Assembly (NCBI GenBank): GCA_004431415.1
Contig: QPMI01000535.1
Span: 1-64,000, forward strand
From: Cyanophora paradoxa CCMP329
Taxonomy: Eukaryota > Plantae > Glaucophyta
DNA: 64,000 bases
Direction of reading: 5' to 3'
Below, one piece after another: positions 27,089 to 38,364 of this stretch; the stretch's first letter is position 1, and every line of letters starts with the position of its first letter. Made by a program: the position numbers and the translations under genes. A model generated the notes under the pieces. The model was not told the origin of the DNA. It was given only the letters and a program-made list of their open reading frames with translations, and searched no databases.

Positions 27089-27800
27089 TTTTTTTTTGGT
27101 GAATTACCGGCCACAGTCTCTAGACACCAGCACTGCGGGGGCTGCCCAGGGGGCATAAAGACAAAAAAGCAAAATAACTAAGACAAGAGCACGAAGAAAG
27201 ATAAGACAAAGAGCCAAAATCGACAATAAAAAAGAAAAGACACAGAGCTCGAGACAGATCGATAGCGAGAAGAGACGATAGATCGAGCAGATCTAGGGAC
27301 AGAGGATAACTGACACGAAGAAGAGCCAGAGCTAGAGATACCATCAATATCAGAAGGAATTACATCACTAAGAAGCGGGGGACAAAAATGAGAAAGATAA
27401 ATAACAGGAAGAAGACAAGAAAGAGGAACAACAAGACGACATGGAGGCGGAGGCGAAGCAGGACGATGCGAAAGGGCAGAGCTACGGCACGAGGTCGAGG
27501 ATGACACAGGAGGCGGAGCAGGCGGATCAAGACCATTGAATTATCAAATTTTCGATCCATTTGATAAGCTTTAGGGCAACCGAGGCGGCCGCTGTACAAT
27601 CGAGGCGCTCAAGGGCCGGGCCGCTATCGAAATCGGCGGCGGCGAGGGGCAAGCTTGAGGTCGTCGAGGCCGCTGTCGCGGCGGGCACGCTCGCCGCCGC
27701 CGCCGCCTCCGAGCGGACCGAGGCCTTCGGTCCGTGCGGGTTACGCCCTTCCTGCTCTAATGGGGGGTAACGTACACATTCCGATGGGCGAGTCCAGAAG
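27089..27800 (-). mobile_element. Probable 3' remnant of a poly(A) retroposon
   Basis: Poly(T)-GGTGAATTAC...GCCCAGGGGGC end also at ~35268-35332; strong purine skew. Confidence 0.35.
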
Positions 27801-28491
27801 AAAGAGAAGAAGCTTTGAAGCCGCGGGTTGATATCAATACCCTGCGCATGCCAGGCTGCAGCTGCAGCTGGGCATGCGCTAGCTGAAGGCGAAATTCGAA
27901 AGGTGAAGTGAGCGCGCACCCTCCGCCGGCCCGCCCTGCGCGGCCGCCTCCGGGATCCCCGTTGACGTGATCCCTGCCGTAAGGAACAATGACTGGCGCG
28001 CCCGAAAGCGGTCAAGACGAAGCCCCAGCGGACAACTGCAGCTGCCTCGAGGACGCGGCCGCGCGCGGCCTCCGGATCCAAGCTTAAGGTCGACGGCACC
28101 AAGAAAGCCTCCGGAGCCAAGCTTAAGCTTAAGACCACATTACCCCCCGCCCCCGCCCCCCCCCCCCCGCCCCACCTCCACCGCCACCTTCCCCACCCCC
28201 ACCCCGCCCGGTCACATTCCATGATGAACGTCGTTATAATTACAGTGCACCTTTAGCGATCAGATGGTGCGGCCAGAACAATGATATACTTATTCAAGGC
28301 AGGCCCTTGCAATTGCTCGCAAATATTGTAATTACGCGTACGTAAACTGCGATATATACCGATATTGAATGAAACTTGAACGCGAGTTTTAATTTTTATA
28401 TTATCCAATGAACGAGCTGAGCGAGCTCGAGACTCTGAGAGTGACCGACTTGTCTGATCAGCTGCAGCAACAGTTTCTCATATATATTATG

Positions 28492-31400
28492 CTACTGAGT
28501 CGAACGATTACCAATTTGAAACCAGATTATGACAAAAAGCTCACGTGCGCGTGGATTCAAAGCTGCGCTTCGCGAGGCACATGCGGACCGAGGTCGCGGG
28601 GCGGCTGGGGCACGTGCACGCGCAGGCTCTGCAGGGGTACGCCGCCTCCGCCACGCGCCAGTCGTATACCGCCACCGCCCTGAGGCCCGATCAAAACTCA
28701 ACTCGATGGAATGATCACGCGCGCGTAATCGCACCCAGGGACGCCGCATAGTAAAGTTCCGTTGCCAGCGGGGCAAGAGATGCACTTGAGCGGATCGGCG
28801 GGACCAAGTCGAGAGGCCGCGTCAAGGCTGCTGGCGGCAAGACAGGAGTCCGACGAGACGCCGAAGAAGCGGAAGTCGAGCCGGGCCGCCTCCGCCGCGC
28901 ACGCGCCGATACCAGGGGCAGGCACGCTGGTCATGATGAGCTGCATGACGGGGGTGACCGAGGCCGGCTCAACCGCAAAGCAGCCGCGGTACGAGAAGGG
29001 AAGGGGCGCAGGTATTGGCGAAGGGCTGGGCGTTCCGGAGGGGCCGGGCAAAGGGCTGGGCAAGGTTGTCGAGTTGGGCGTCATCGACGGGATCGGAATG
29101 GGCTCGCAGAACCCTCCCGAAATTTTGTTGGGGAAGGTAACTGTAAAGGGGCTCGGTTCGTAGGTCCAGTTTGGATCCAGCTTCCAAGTCTCGCAATCGC
29201 AGGCCCCCCAGACGAGATGAATGTAGTAGTTCCCGGCGGGGAGGTTGGCGGGCCCGGCGTACGTCAATGCCCCGCCCTCAGGATACCAGCACTGGTTTCC
29301 GCCTTTACAGAACTGTTGAACTGTGCGCAGATATTATCATTCAAAACTCCGCGCAATGCAAATATACGAAAAGGAACATCGCAAAACGCACCGGCGAACC
29401 GCACTGCGCCCGAGGCGAGAGGGCATCTATCGAAGAGCGCTGCTCCAGCAACTTGCGAGCCTCCAGAATCAGTGTCGGAAGGGAGCTTGAAGGAGATTGC
29501 CCCGAGTCTGCGTTCGGCAATTGTAATTATAAGTGAAAAAATCCACGCCAGCGTGCACGTGTTCTTAACCAGCCGCAGACTCTGCGAAATCTTGAATATG
29601 ATCATAAGAGACTCACGCGGGGGTCCAGTTGTACGGCAGGGTGAAGCGGAGAATTGTGGAGCGGAACGCGTCCGTGGAAAGGGAGCTGGAGTACGTCATT
29701 CCCCAAGAAGTGTACAAGGACTGGTAGTTTATGCCTGGGACACTGTTGGCACGGCTAGAAAAAACGCTTGTCTGCTCGTTGTCGATTAGGGTGCAACAGC
29801 GCAACGGTATACAAACAACCGGCACGCTCACCCGACCGCATTCGAGGAGGTCAACGACGGGGACAGTGCAGGTGGGGTCCGTCTCATAAGGTGCCGCTTA
29901 AATTTCCTGGCAGGTTCTGGATCTGAGCCGTCCCAGACGCCACAGGTGGATACGTCATGGACAGACATATGCAGGGTGAATTTGTTCAAGATTTTGGGCA
30001 TAGATACAATCGGCGACGCACCCATCACGCACTGAGATCCGGGCAGCGCCCTCGCCGCGGCCGTTCGTGCGCGGGCTCTCATAGGTCCCTGCGTAAGTCA
30101 TAAGTCATTTTCAAATCAGAGGGTGGCTTGAGCACTGGCTTCAAAATCGTAAGGGCTTCGAAAAATAAGAACTCGGGCCTTGGATCAAAATGTAGTATGT
30201 CCCGGGGCCTGGACCATAATTCACCGTGTCTATCATATACGCCACACCTACCTCAGGCAGATCAGATAAAAAATACATGAAGAAGAATATGTATGAAACT
30301 GACCATTTGGGTGAATAGATTGAATCTCGTATCCAGGTATCGCTGGGTTGCCTCTGTAGAGGATCATAACGGGCTTCGTGATTTCTGTGTAACTCAGGGC
30401 ATCAACCGCCGCAAAATACCTGGGCAGCATCCACAGTAAACATATATAAACATCCAAACGTACAGGGAAATACAGATATGTGTTTATGTTTTATCAAAAA
30501 ATGTATAATTATAATCAAGTTAAGTTTGACAAATGCTTGCCATCTGTCGGTCTCCAAGCGAAGACGTAGGAGGCGCACACCCGAGGCTCGAGTCGGGGGC
30601 GAGGCGAAATCGACGGCGTGACCCGCCCACGTCGTTGTAATACGGTGAAGCATGCGAGCAGCCCCGTAGGTATTTACCTGTCAGCGATGTTATATAATTA
30701 TTCTTGTATATATGCAGAGTCCGAGTGTGCGCCTGCTGACCTCAGCCGTCTCGCAGATGCCGATATCGCCGGCGATTTGACTGTAATCGTAAGCAGGGGG
30801 GCCGACCTCAAAACTGGCCCCTGGCGATAATCGGTTGAGCACTCCCGAAGTTTCAATGATCTTTTGAGCACAGGTACGGCGCACCGGGTGCCGCGGGAAT
30901 GCCGAGATCTTTGGTGCTGACAAGCCCCAGGCGAGTACGCGTAGTGGTGCGACGTACACCGTACTCGTGGATAACAGGAATGGCCTTGCTCACGATTAGG
31001 TTTTCCACAGTCTGCCGAAATGCGGCCTCGAATGAGAGCCCTTTACGCGCACGCCCAAGAGGCCTGGCTATAGGAGAGCACCGAGACGTTCGCGGCGGGC
31101 ATGAACTGCCTGACGACCGCCGCCACGCCGGCGACGATCGCGGCGGCGAAGGACGTTCCGTTCACGACGGTAGTCTCTGCGGTGAAGGCGGGCGCGTAGC
31201 TCGTGACCTCGGCGCCCGCTTCGTCGACGTGTGTAAACGCAGGACCCTGCGGGACCGCCACCGGCTTCATCGCCGCAATGATATTTTCCCCAGGCGCCCC
31301 GACCGTTAAGCAGCTGCGGAGCAAATGTCGATCGCGAGATGAATAATCGCATCAATTTTGGAGTGATGAGACACGCACTCGCCCCAGTTGGACATGCCCG

Positions 31401-33255
31401 AAATGTAGTCGTCCTGGTCAGTGCTCGCCACGTTGACAACTCCGGGCGTGTTTCCAGGCGAGTAATTGCAACTGCACATGCGCAATCGCAGGGAAAATAT
31501 TAATAAACCAAACCAGCTGTTGGAATCACAGTCAAAAATGAGGCGCGCACGCATCCGATCGGTCGTTGCCAGCCGCCTGCGTCGACGTCAGGCGTGAAAG
31601 TATACGTAAGCTAAGCGTGTAGGCGCCGTCGGATCTATTTGATTTATTTAAGCAGAATCGCTGCTAAAAACTGTGGGCGTCACCGTGACGACAACCGCTC
31701 CAGCTGCACGAAGTCTGAGATTTCCATCATGCGCGATCATCGGATCCGTTAAAACAAAGCACGACGTTCGGGTGCGAGCTCGAGGATAATAGCGCAGCGG
31801 TGATCAGCGCACCCGCTGACTGCGCTGGTGTACGCTGCGGATACCGCACCGGCGGCAGTCGAGGCGAAGCCGAGGAGGACAACTGAGGGTCGCTGGCGGG
31901 CGCGGATGGCGGAGAGGGCGGCGTTCAGGCCGGCAAGGACGTTGCTCTCCGTCGTTGTCGCTCCGCAGACGCTGCCTGGGTCCGAGGTCGACGTTCGGCT
32001 GAAAACCTGGGCCATGAACCAGATCCGGCGAACGGGACCGGCGCGGGCCCGGGGGTGTCTCATCGATCAGCGTTTACGTTGCAGCATGTGTGTTCAGTGC
32101 GCGGTCTTTGAGTTCTAACACATAAAGTTCTAGATATCAATTTGCAACGCCGACCTTGCTGGCGAGGATTGTTGCACCAGGAGCGGGGCCGAGCGTGCGC
32201 CCCGCAGCCGCCTGCCACCCGTCAAAACGATTACAGATTTAAATGGCTGCATGCGCAGCTGGCGCCCGACTAGCATGGGCGTGAAGGCCTTGGGCGGGGG
32301 GCAAGCACCGAGGCGACGGCAGTGCCGTGCGAGTCTGCCGAGCACTCGCTGACCCATGCGGCGCTCGTATTCGCGTAAAACGTGTCGACGTCGTGCAGAC
32401 GAATCTGGCGGAGTGGTGCACTCAGAGCGCCTCAGGGGTCGCCTCAGAGCGCTCGAGCGGGAGGCCATGGCCACACGCACCACGCGGCCGGCGAGCTCCG
32501 GGTGCGTGTCGTCGATGCCCGTGTCGAGGACGTAAATATCGACGCCAGTGCCGTCATGTGTCATGCGGGTGAACTTGCCGTCCAGCAGCTTACTCTGCTG
32601 GTCGAGCCTGGCGATCGCGAGGGATTGTGAGCGCAGCTGCAGAATCATGTGCATTCACTCATGGTACACGTCCAAGAATGCCCATCGCGAGGGCGCGCCT
32701 GTCCAGGTGCCAAGCGGTGACGTTGCCCCAGGGACGCGGGGCGGGCCAACGGCTGGTGAAGTCCGGTTTCTGAGCGGGAGCGACGGCCTGCCGCAGTGCA
32801 TTATCGAGTCAGTTTCAAAATACGTGGGTGCAGGTGCTGCATTTCTCACACCGAATCTGGGATCACGAACTGGACTTTTTCGTGGTTCCGCAGTCCCTCA
32901 AGCACGGCGGGCGACAACCTGCACGCCGCCGCGCTCGCATTTGAGCCTCAGGGCCTGAACGTTTAATCTCGGCAAGGCTGACAACGTATACGCCGAAACA
33001 ATACGTAGCAAAGAGTCGACGGTGACTGAATATATAATATGCATATGCACCGAGCGGAGAAGCCGCGGGGGGCATGCGAGAAGAAGTGTCCAAATTCGAC
33101 ACCTTCACTTTCGCGGCCCCGCCCATGCACATCGCGCGAAAGAGCCCAAGCGTAGGCCTTGACATCAGAGAGCTGTTCATGCAGTGCATCTTCCTTAGTG
33201 TCATCGCGCAGACCCTGCGCATAAACCGTTGAACACAGCACACAATCACCATCAT
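28492..33255 (-). CDS. Multi-exon subtilisin-like (S8, proteinase K-like) serine protease with C-terminal WSC domain; boundaries approximate
   Basis: YVLDTGID (Asp), HGTAVAS (His), AAGND, SNWGEC, APGENI, NGTSFA (Ser) in successive exons; YRGCF...C...FFGV...C...CG WSC pattern after a Pro/Ser linker. Confidence 0.88.
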
Positions 33256-35672
33256 CTGCAGGAATTAGCACTTCTGCTTGATCAACTGAAATCTTACCAC
33301 GATGAATTGCGCGCTCTGCAGATGGAGCGATGAATTGGACTCATGATCATCTAATCGCACATCGATATTTACATCTGAAAGATTTAGAGACCATTACAGG
33401 ATCCGAAATATTTTTAATTGACGCACAAACCTTCGGCGAGAACCGCTACACTAGCTGCAGCTTTCGCGGGCGCCGTCATGAGTAGAGCGCATGCGCGTGG
33501 CTGCAGCATTGCCGCGATGGCGAGCGAGCTGATTACAAACACAAATGACCGCTCCTTTGCACGTACGCGTGTGCTGGCGCTAGTCATGATCATGATTATG
33601 TGTCGCAACTGGCGTCCCGTATTGCTATAGCAAGCTTTTAGGCCTGTGCGCGGGAAGCATGCCATGATGGTGGTCCTCGCCATGCTTATGGACTCTACTG
33701 GCTTGGAGGGCTCCGGAGTCCGGACTCGGGATCCCCTCGAGCCTCTCAGAGTCTCAGCCTCCCCAGTGAGTCCCCACGCGTACGGCGCGCGCGCGGCCCC
33801 CGCGGCGCGGGCCGGGGGAGTTCACCGAGTTCACCGAGTCAGTGAGGCAAGTGGCCGCGAGTAGCTATAGGCCGTATCCGATGATCCCGGAGTTCGATGA
33901 TCCAACCCGATGAGGCCCGGAGGGCCCGGGGCCGGAGTGCTCGGGCGCTCTAGCCCCCGGGCCGACTCGGCTCCACTGCTGGCAGTCTGCTGCCTACTAC
34001 CGTGTTACACTTAATTAATGGACCCGGACCCCTGCGGCCCGGACCCGGACGCATTAATGCGACACCGAATTAATGTGTTTTGAAGCTTTTTGGCTGCTGT
34101 AAGGGGTACATTACCGTACATACAGCAGGTTCTTAGTCCCGTTAACGTTTCATAGCGTTTCGAAATTAATGCGGTACCAAATTAATGCGTTTTGATAACA
34201 GACACCGCATTAATCAGGTAACCGGTACGGAATTACTTTTGTGCGCGGATTGAGAATGTCGAACACTTGAAGTTACCTATGCGTTAACGTTCAATTGAAC
34301 ACATCTACAAGTTACCCATGCGATTCGCGATCGCCGATTCCGACCGTCGGACGATTCGCAATCGCGTGCGATTGAAAGCAAATCTATGAATCTGAATTCG
34401 AAGATTCTAAACCTGCCCGGCGGCCGATCCGCGAATTGACCGCGATCGGTTCGAACTTCGAATTCCCTTATTGCAGCTTTCTTATCCGGGATTAACTTAG
34501 TAAAGGTGGGGCTCGAGCCCGAATTGCCGGCTCGAGCTCGAGCCGAGCTCGAGCCGGGAGTACTAGTCCGGGTCCCCTCGACTCGGCGAGCCGCAAGCCG
34601 GCTCGAGCCGACTTGAGGACGGGATCCGTTGCGTACCGCGGAGTACCGTAGTACGTCACCAGAACCGCGCTTCGGCCGCGCGCTAGCCAGCGTTAGCATC
34701 TGAAGCTGGCCATGGCTCGCGATCGCCCTCAAAAATCTAACTTAGTAATCAAAGCCCTCTAGCTGGGCGAGCCGGCTTCAGATGTCGCCGGCTCGCGTTG
34801 CAATTGGCTTGGATTGCCACGGCTCGAGCTGACCGAATAAGTCCGGTCCGAGCTCGAGCCGGCCGTGCGCCTCGGGTCGCGATCAGCTTGGCTCGGCTCG
34901 AGCCGACCCTTCTCGAGCTCAAGATCATCGATATCCGAGTCATAATCAGACTCATCGAGGTAAACTCGCTCTCAGGTAATGGGCGGGATTGATTCGCCGC
35001 AAATCCCGCGACCGCGCGCGAATCGCGGCGCGATCCTGTAGCTGCCGACTCAATGCCGAGTCAGGAGTCTCAGGACTGAGGAGAGTGATGGTCACTGATG
35101 GAGGTCCATTGGAGGAGGACGAAGAACGTACGCCGCGGTACGCGTATTTAATACTATATATACTCAGTGTTACTCATAAGTGCTACTAGTGCCATGTTAC
35201 AGCCGACTCTAATCGATACGCGTAGTCAGTAACGTTAACGGAATTATTACGTATTACCGCCGCATTTTGTTTTTGGTGAATTACAGGCCACAGCCTCTAG
35301 ACACCAGCACTGCGGGGGCTGCCCAGGGGGCGCCGCAATTTACCGGTACAAAGTACGCGTAAACATACTATGATAAATAAGCTGAACATTATTAATATTG
35401 TGACAGGAGACTCAGTCCATTTACGATAACCTCGCAACAACATGGGGCAGCGAGTTGCAATTGTGTCTACCCTTCATCAACTACCACTGTATGGAGACAT
35501 TCGCAATCATCCTGACATAGCGGACTACATCCCGAGTCCTACAGATAGTTGACCAACTGACTGTCGACAGCACTAGCCAGGACTCAGGAGTCAGGACTCA
35601 GGGGCCTCAGGGCTGGAGCCGCTGGACTCCCGCTGGAGCCTGGAGCCCGAGTCTGCCCGACTGAATTCGAAT

Positions 35673-35931
35673 TACTGTAAACGTACGAATATCCGCCAGC
35701 GTTTAATTTCGACTATATTCGCCAGACTCTTGCGTTGGCGAATATTTGACGCTGGCGAATTGGCTTTTGTATGGAGAGAGGGGTACTAGCGGCTGACTCG
35801 TGTATGGCGAGGGTCGCGGGGTGGCGAAATCAAGACGCTGGCGCGCCGGCGGACTAATTTTCGACAGGATTTTAAAGGTTTTGGCGAAATAAAGTTCTGT
35901 CGGATATTCGTACGTTCAACGGTTTACAGTA
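35673..35931. mobile_element. MITE with TACTGTAAAC ends; truncated copy at 19292-~19512
   Basis: TIR TACTGTAAACGTACGAATATCCG / CGGATATTCGTACG..GTTTACAGTA; two similar copies. Confidence 0.75.
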
Positions 35932-36074
35932 CGAACACAGCTCTACTTAGTCGGGACTCGCGATTCGCGATCGGGACTCGGGAGTCGGGACGTCGACTCG
36001 GGATCCGGATTCCGGACTCGGGGACTCCGGGAGTCTCGCGATTAATTCACCATTGCACGCAAGTGACGCAACCG

Positions 36075-37025
36075 ACACATATACAACGCCCGGCTTTTAG
36101 ACCTCGGCTTATTTAAATTGATCTCGTTAGTATATAACCTGTATTTATAATATATCTATCGTGAATATGTGTGTATTTTATCTGTTATATGTATTTATTT
36201 TATCGTGAGTTATAGCTTCTTTTTAATAAAATATGTGAAATATGTATAGTTTATGTGAAGTTTAGCTATATTCTCGATGAGTAGACTTAAATATCTCGTG
36301 AGTTTCATTATAGTATAGGTGTGACTCAACTTAGTTTAATTATAACTTGCCTCAGTCTAAAAGCCGGGCGTTGTATATGTGTGTTGTTCTGAATTTTCAA
36401 TGCATAATCGACGATCACGCGCCGTTTTATCAAAAACAACTACCATGAGCTGCATGGAACGTTCTGTATGCGGCTCTCTATAAAACAAAGTAGATCTATG
36501 ATATATTATGATTGATTCTTTTGTATTTTAATTGGTCTTATTCAGTGTTACAGGTGTTACAGGTTTATCCCAAAGTCCGCCCTAGGAGTGGGGTCTTGGT
36601 TCCCGAGTTTGGGCAAGACCTGTAACACCTGTAACAACGTAAACAATTATCGTGTGCTGCATGAAACATTTCGCGCGCATCGAGAGTATGTGATAGTGAA
36701 TAGTTTCGCACTGAAAACGATATGAAATTGATCGTTATAATACAAAAAGAATTACTAATGATATTACTATGATATATTAAGACTGATATTTTGTTGTTTT
36801 AATAGGTTCTTACTGAAATAGGTCAGTGTTACAGGTGTTACAGGTTCATCCCAAACTTTGCCCTAGGAGGGGGTGGGGGATAGGAAACTTTGGGATAGAC
36901 CTGTAACACCTGTAACACCTTACTGAGAATCTATAAATCCACTTGTAACACCTTGTTTTATGATTGTTATCAGTCTGAGACTCTCTCAGGATTGAAAAGC
37001 CCCGCCCACTATGCAAGATACATGC
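36075..37025 (+). repeat. Left terminal inverted repeat (951 bp)
   Basis: Reverse complement of 61996-62946; match ends after ...GCAAGATACATGC; both copies same length. Confidence 0.95.
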
Positions 37026-37073
37026 CTTTCTTATGCATGATCTATGAAAAATAACAATAAACCCAGTCCTTCT

Positions 37074-37334
37074 TTACATAGGAGCACTCACAGGAATTTC
37101 GCTTGCCTTTCGAACAGTCCCCCTTGCAAACGCTTGCTCTACAATCGCTTCCTTTGTGAGTGGAAGCGGAATTCCAGCGGCAATACACGATTTAACTTCT
37201 TTGTCCACAATCTCATCAATCGCAATTCTCGCCTTGTTTTTGAGTGCAATTTCTGTCCATTCCTGAGCCGAAACAGCAGCATATTCCATAGCATTGAATT
37301 CTGTTGAAGTTAATGAAATAGTTATAGTCGCCAT
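37074..37334 (-). CDS. Small hypothetical protein resembling proteins encoded beside C1q-type tail fibres in aquatic tailed phages
   Basis: 86-aa ORF co-oriented with fibre cluster; pattern (YAAxSxQEW...RIAIDEIV...KEAIVEQAF) recalled from phage proteins, not verified. Confidence 0.65.
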   Translation of the reverse strand: MATITISLTSTEFNAMEYAAVSAQEWTEIALKNKARIAIDEIVDKEVKSCIAAGIPLPLTKEAIVEQAFARGTVRKASEIPVSAPM

Positions 37335-37363
37335 TTAATTATATGTGAGATATTTTTTGTAGT

Positions 37364-38344
37364 CTATACAGCATAAAGTAAAGCTCCTTGGAATATTGTA
37401 TAAAAATCGGTTCCTTTCAGTGTATAACTACTTGAAGAGTTCACAAAGAGCACTGGTGCGACAGTCGTGTTTGCATCGACCTTTACATAAACCGTGCTGT
37501 TTAGAGCAAGACTATTTCCATCATATCCAGACCGCGATGATTCATAAAGGATGGTTGCGTTTGTCGTGCTCTTTGATAGTGCGCCGTTAATATATCCAGC
37601 GCTTCCTGATGCTTTCAAAAAAGTCATATTGAAAATATACACTCCTGTGACAGGAGCAACAAAAGCTTTTGTAGTAGTATTAAAATTGTTTCCATAATTC
37701 TCATATGTAGCACCGAATATGTCAATAAATGTCCAAGTTGTGTTCGCAAGTGTTTTATTGCTTCCATTGCCATATGCACTGAATCTGCAATTTGTTGGCG
37801 AGATCAAATACATGTTTGCAGGTAGTGAAACACCATTCGAAGCAATTGTAGCAATTGTGGTTCCATTCCTTTTAATGAGTAAGTCTGAGTTCGCCCCCGA
37901 ATCAATAGTCGTCGTATTAACAGTCCCAAATGATCCAGCTGTAAGGGATCCAATTGTTGCACTTGTTGCTGTAATTGCTCCATTCACACTCAGTCCAGTC
38001 CCAATCCATGCCCCGCCACTAATAACTTGAAATGCCGCGGAATTTCTATTAGCCGGATTGAAATCCGTTTGATAATCCTGTTGACCCTCATACAGATTAT
38101 CTTTGGTAAACAGATCCCCTGTTTTTGCGGGTCGATTAGATACGATCATTTGAGTAGCTTTAACGATTCCACCAGCCTTGTCGGCTCTGAGTTCTTTGAC
38201 TCTGAGAATGGATGTCTCATTGAAAGAATCGGTTTTCGCTGTTTCAGTCGAAGGGAATGACTCGTTTAGATCATAAACAGTGTGTTGCACGTTATGGACA
38301 GCTGAGGCACTCAAACTAAAAACCGGAGTGAATACAGTCGACAT
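37364..38344 (-). CDS. Fibre/adhesin with C-terminal C1q-like domain
   Basis: FSAY...NFNTTTKAFVAPVTGVYIFN...FQGALLY matches gC1q consensus; Thr/Gly/Ser-rich shaft upstream. Confidence 0.8.
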   Translation of the reverse strand: MSTVFTPVFSLSASAVHNVQHTVYDLNESFPSTETAKTDSFNETSILRVKELRADKAGGIVKATQMIVSNRPAKTGDLFTKDNLYEGQQDYQTDFNPANRNSAAFQVISGGAWIGTGLSVNGAITATSATIGSLTAGSFGTVNTTTIDSGANSDLLIKRNGTTIATIASNGVSLPANMYLISPTNCRFSAYGNGSNKTLANTTWTFIDIFGATYENYGNNFNTTTKAFVAPVTGVYIFNMTFLKASGSAGYINGALSKSTTNATILYESSRSGYDGNSLALNSTVYVKVDANTTVAPVLFVNSSSSYTLKGTDFYTIFQGALLYAV

Positions 38345-38364
38345 CTTTTGATTGTTCTTTATTA

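Noticed and set aside
27630-27690. Ankyrin-like AAARGKLEVVEAAV peptide
   Set aside because: Single isolated match in GC-rich repeat-like DNA
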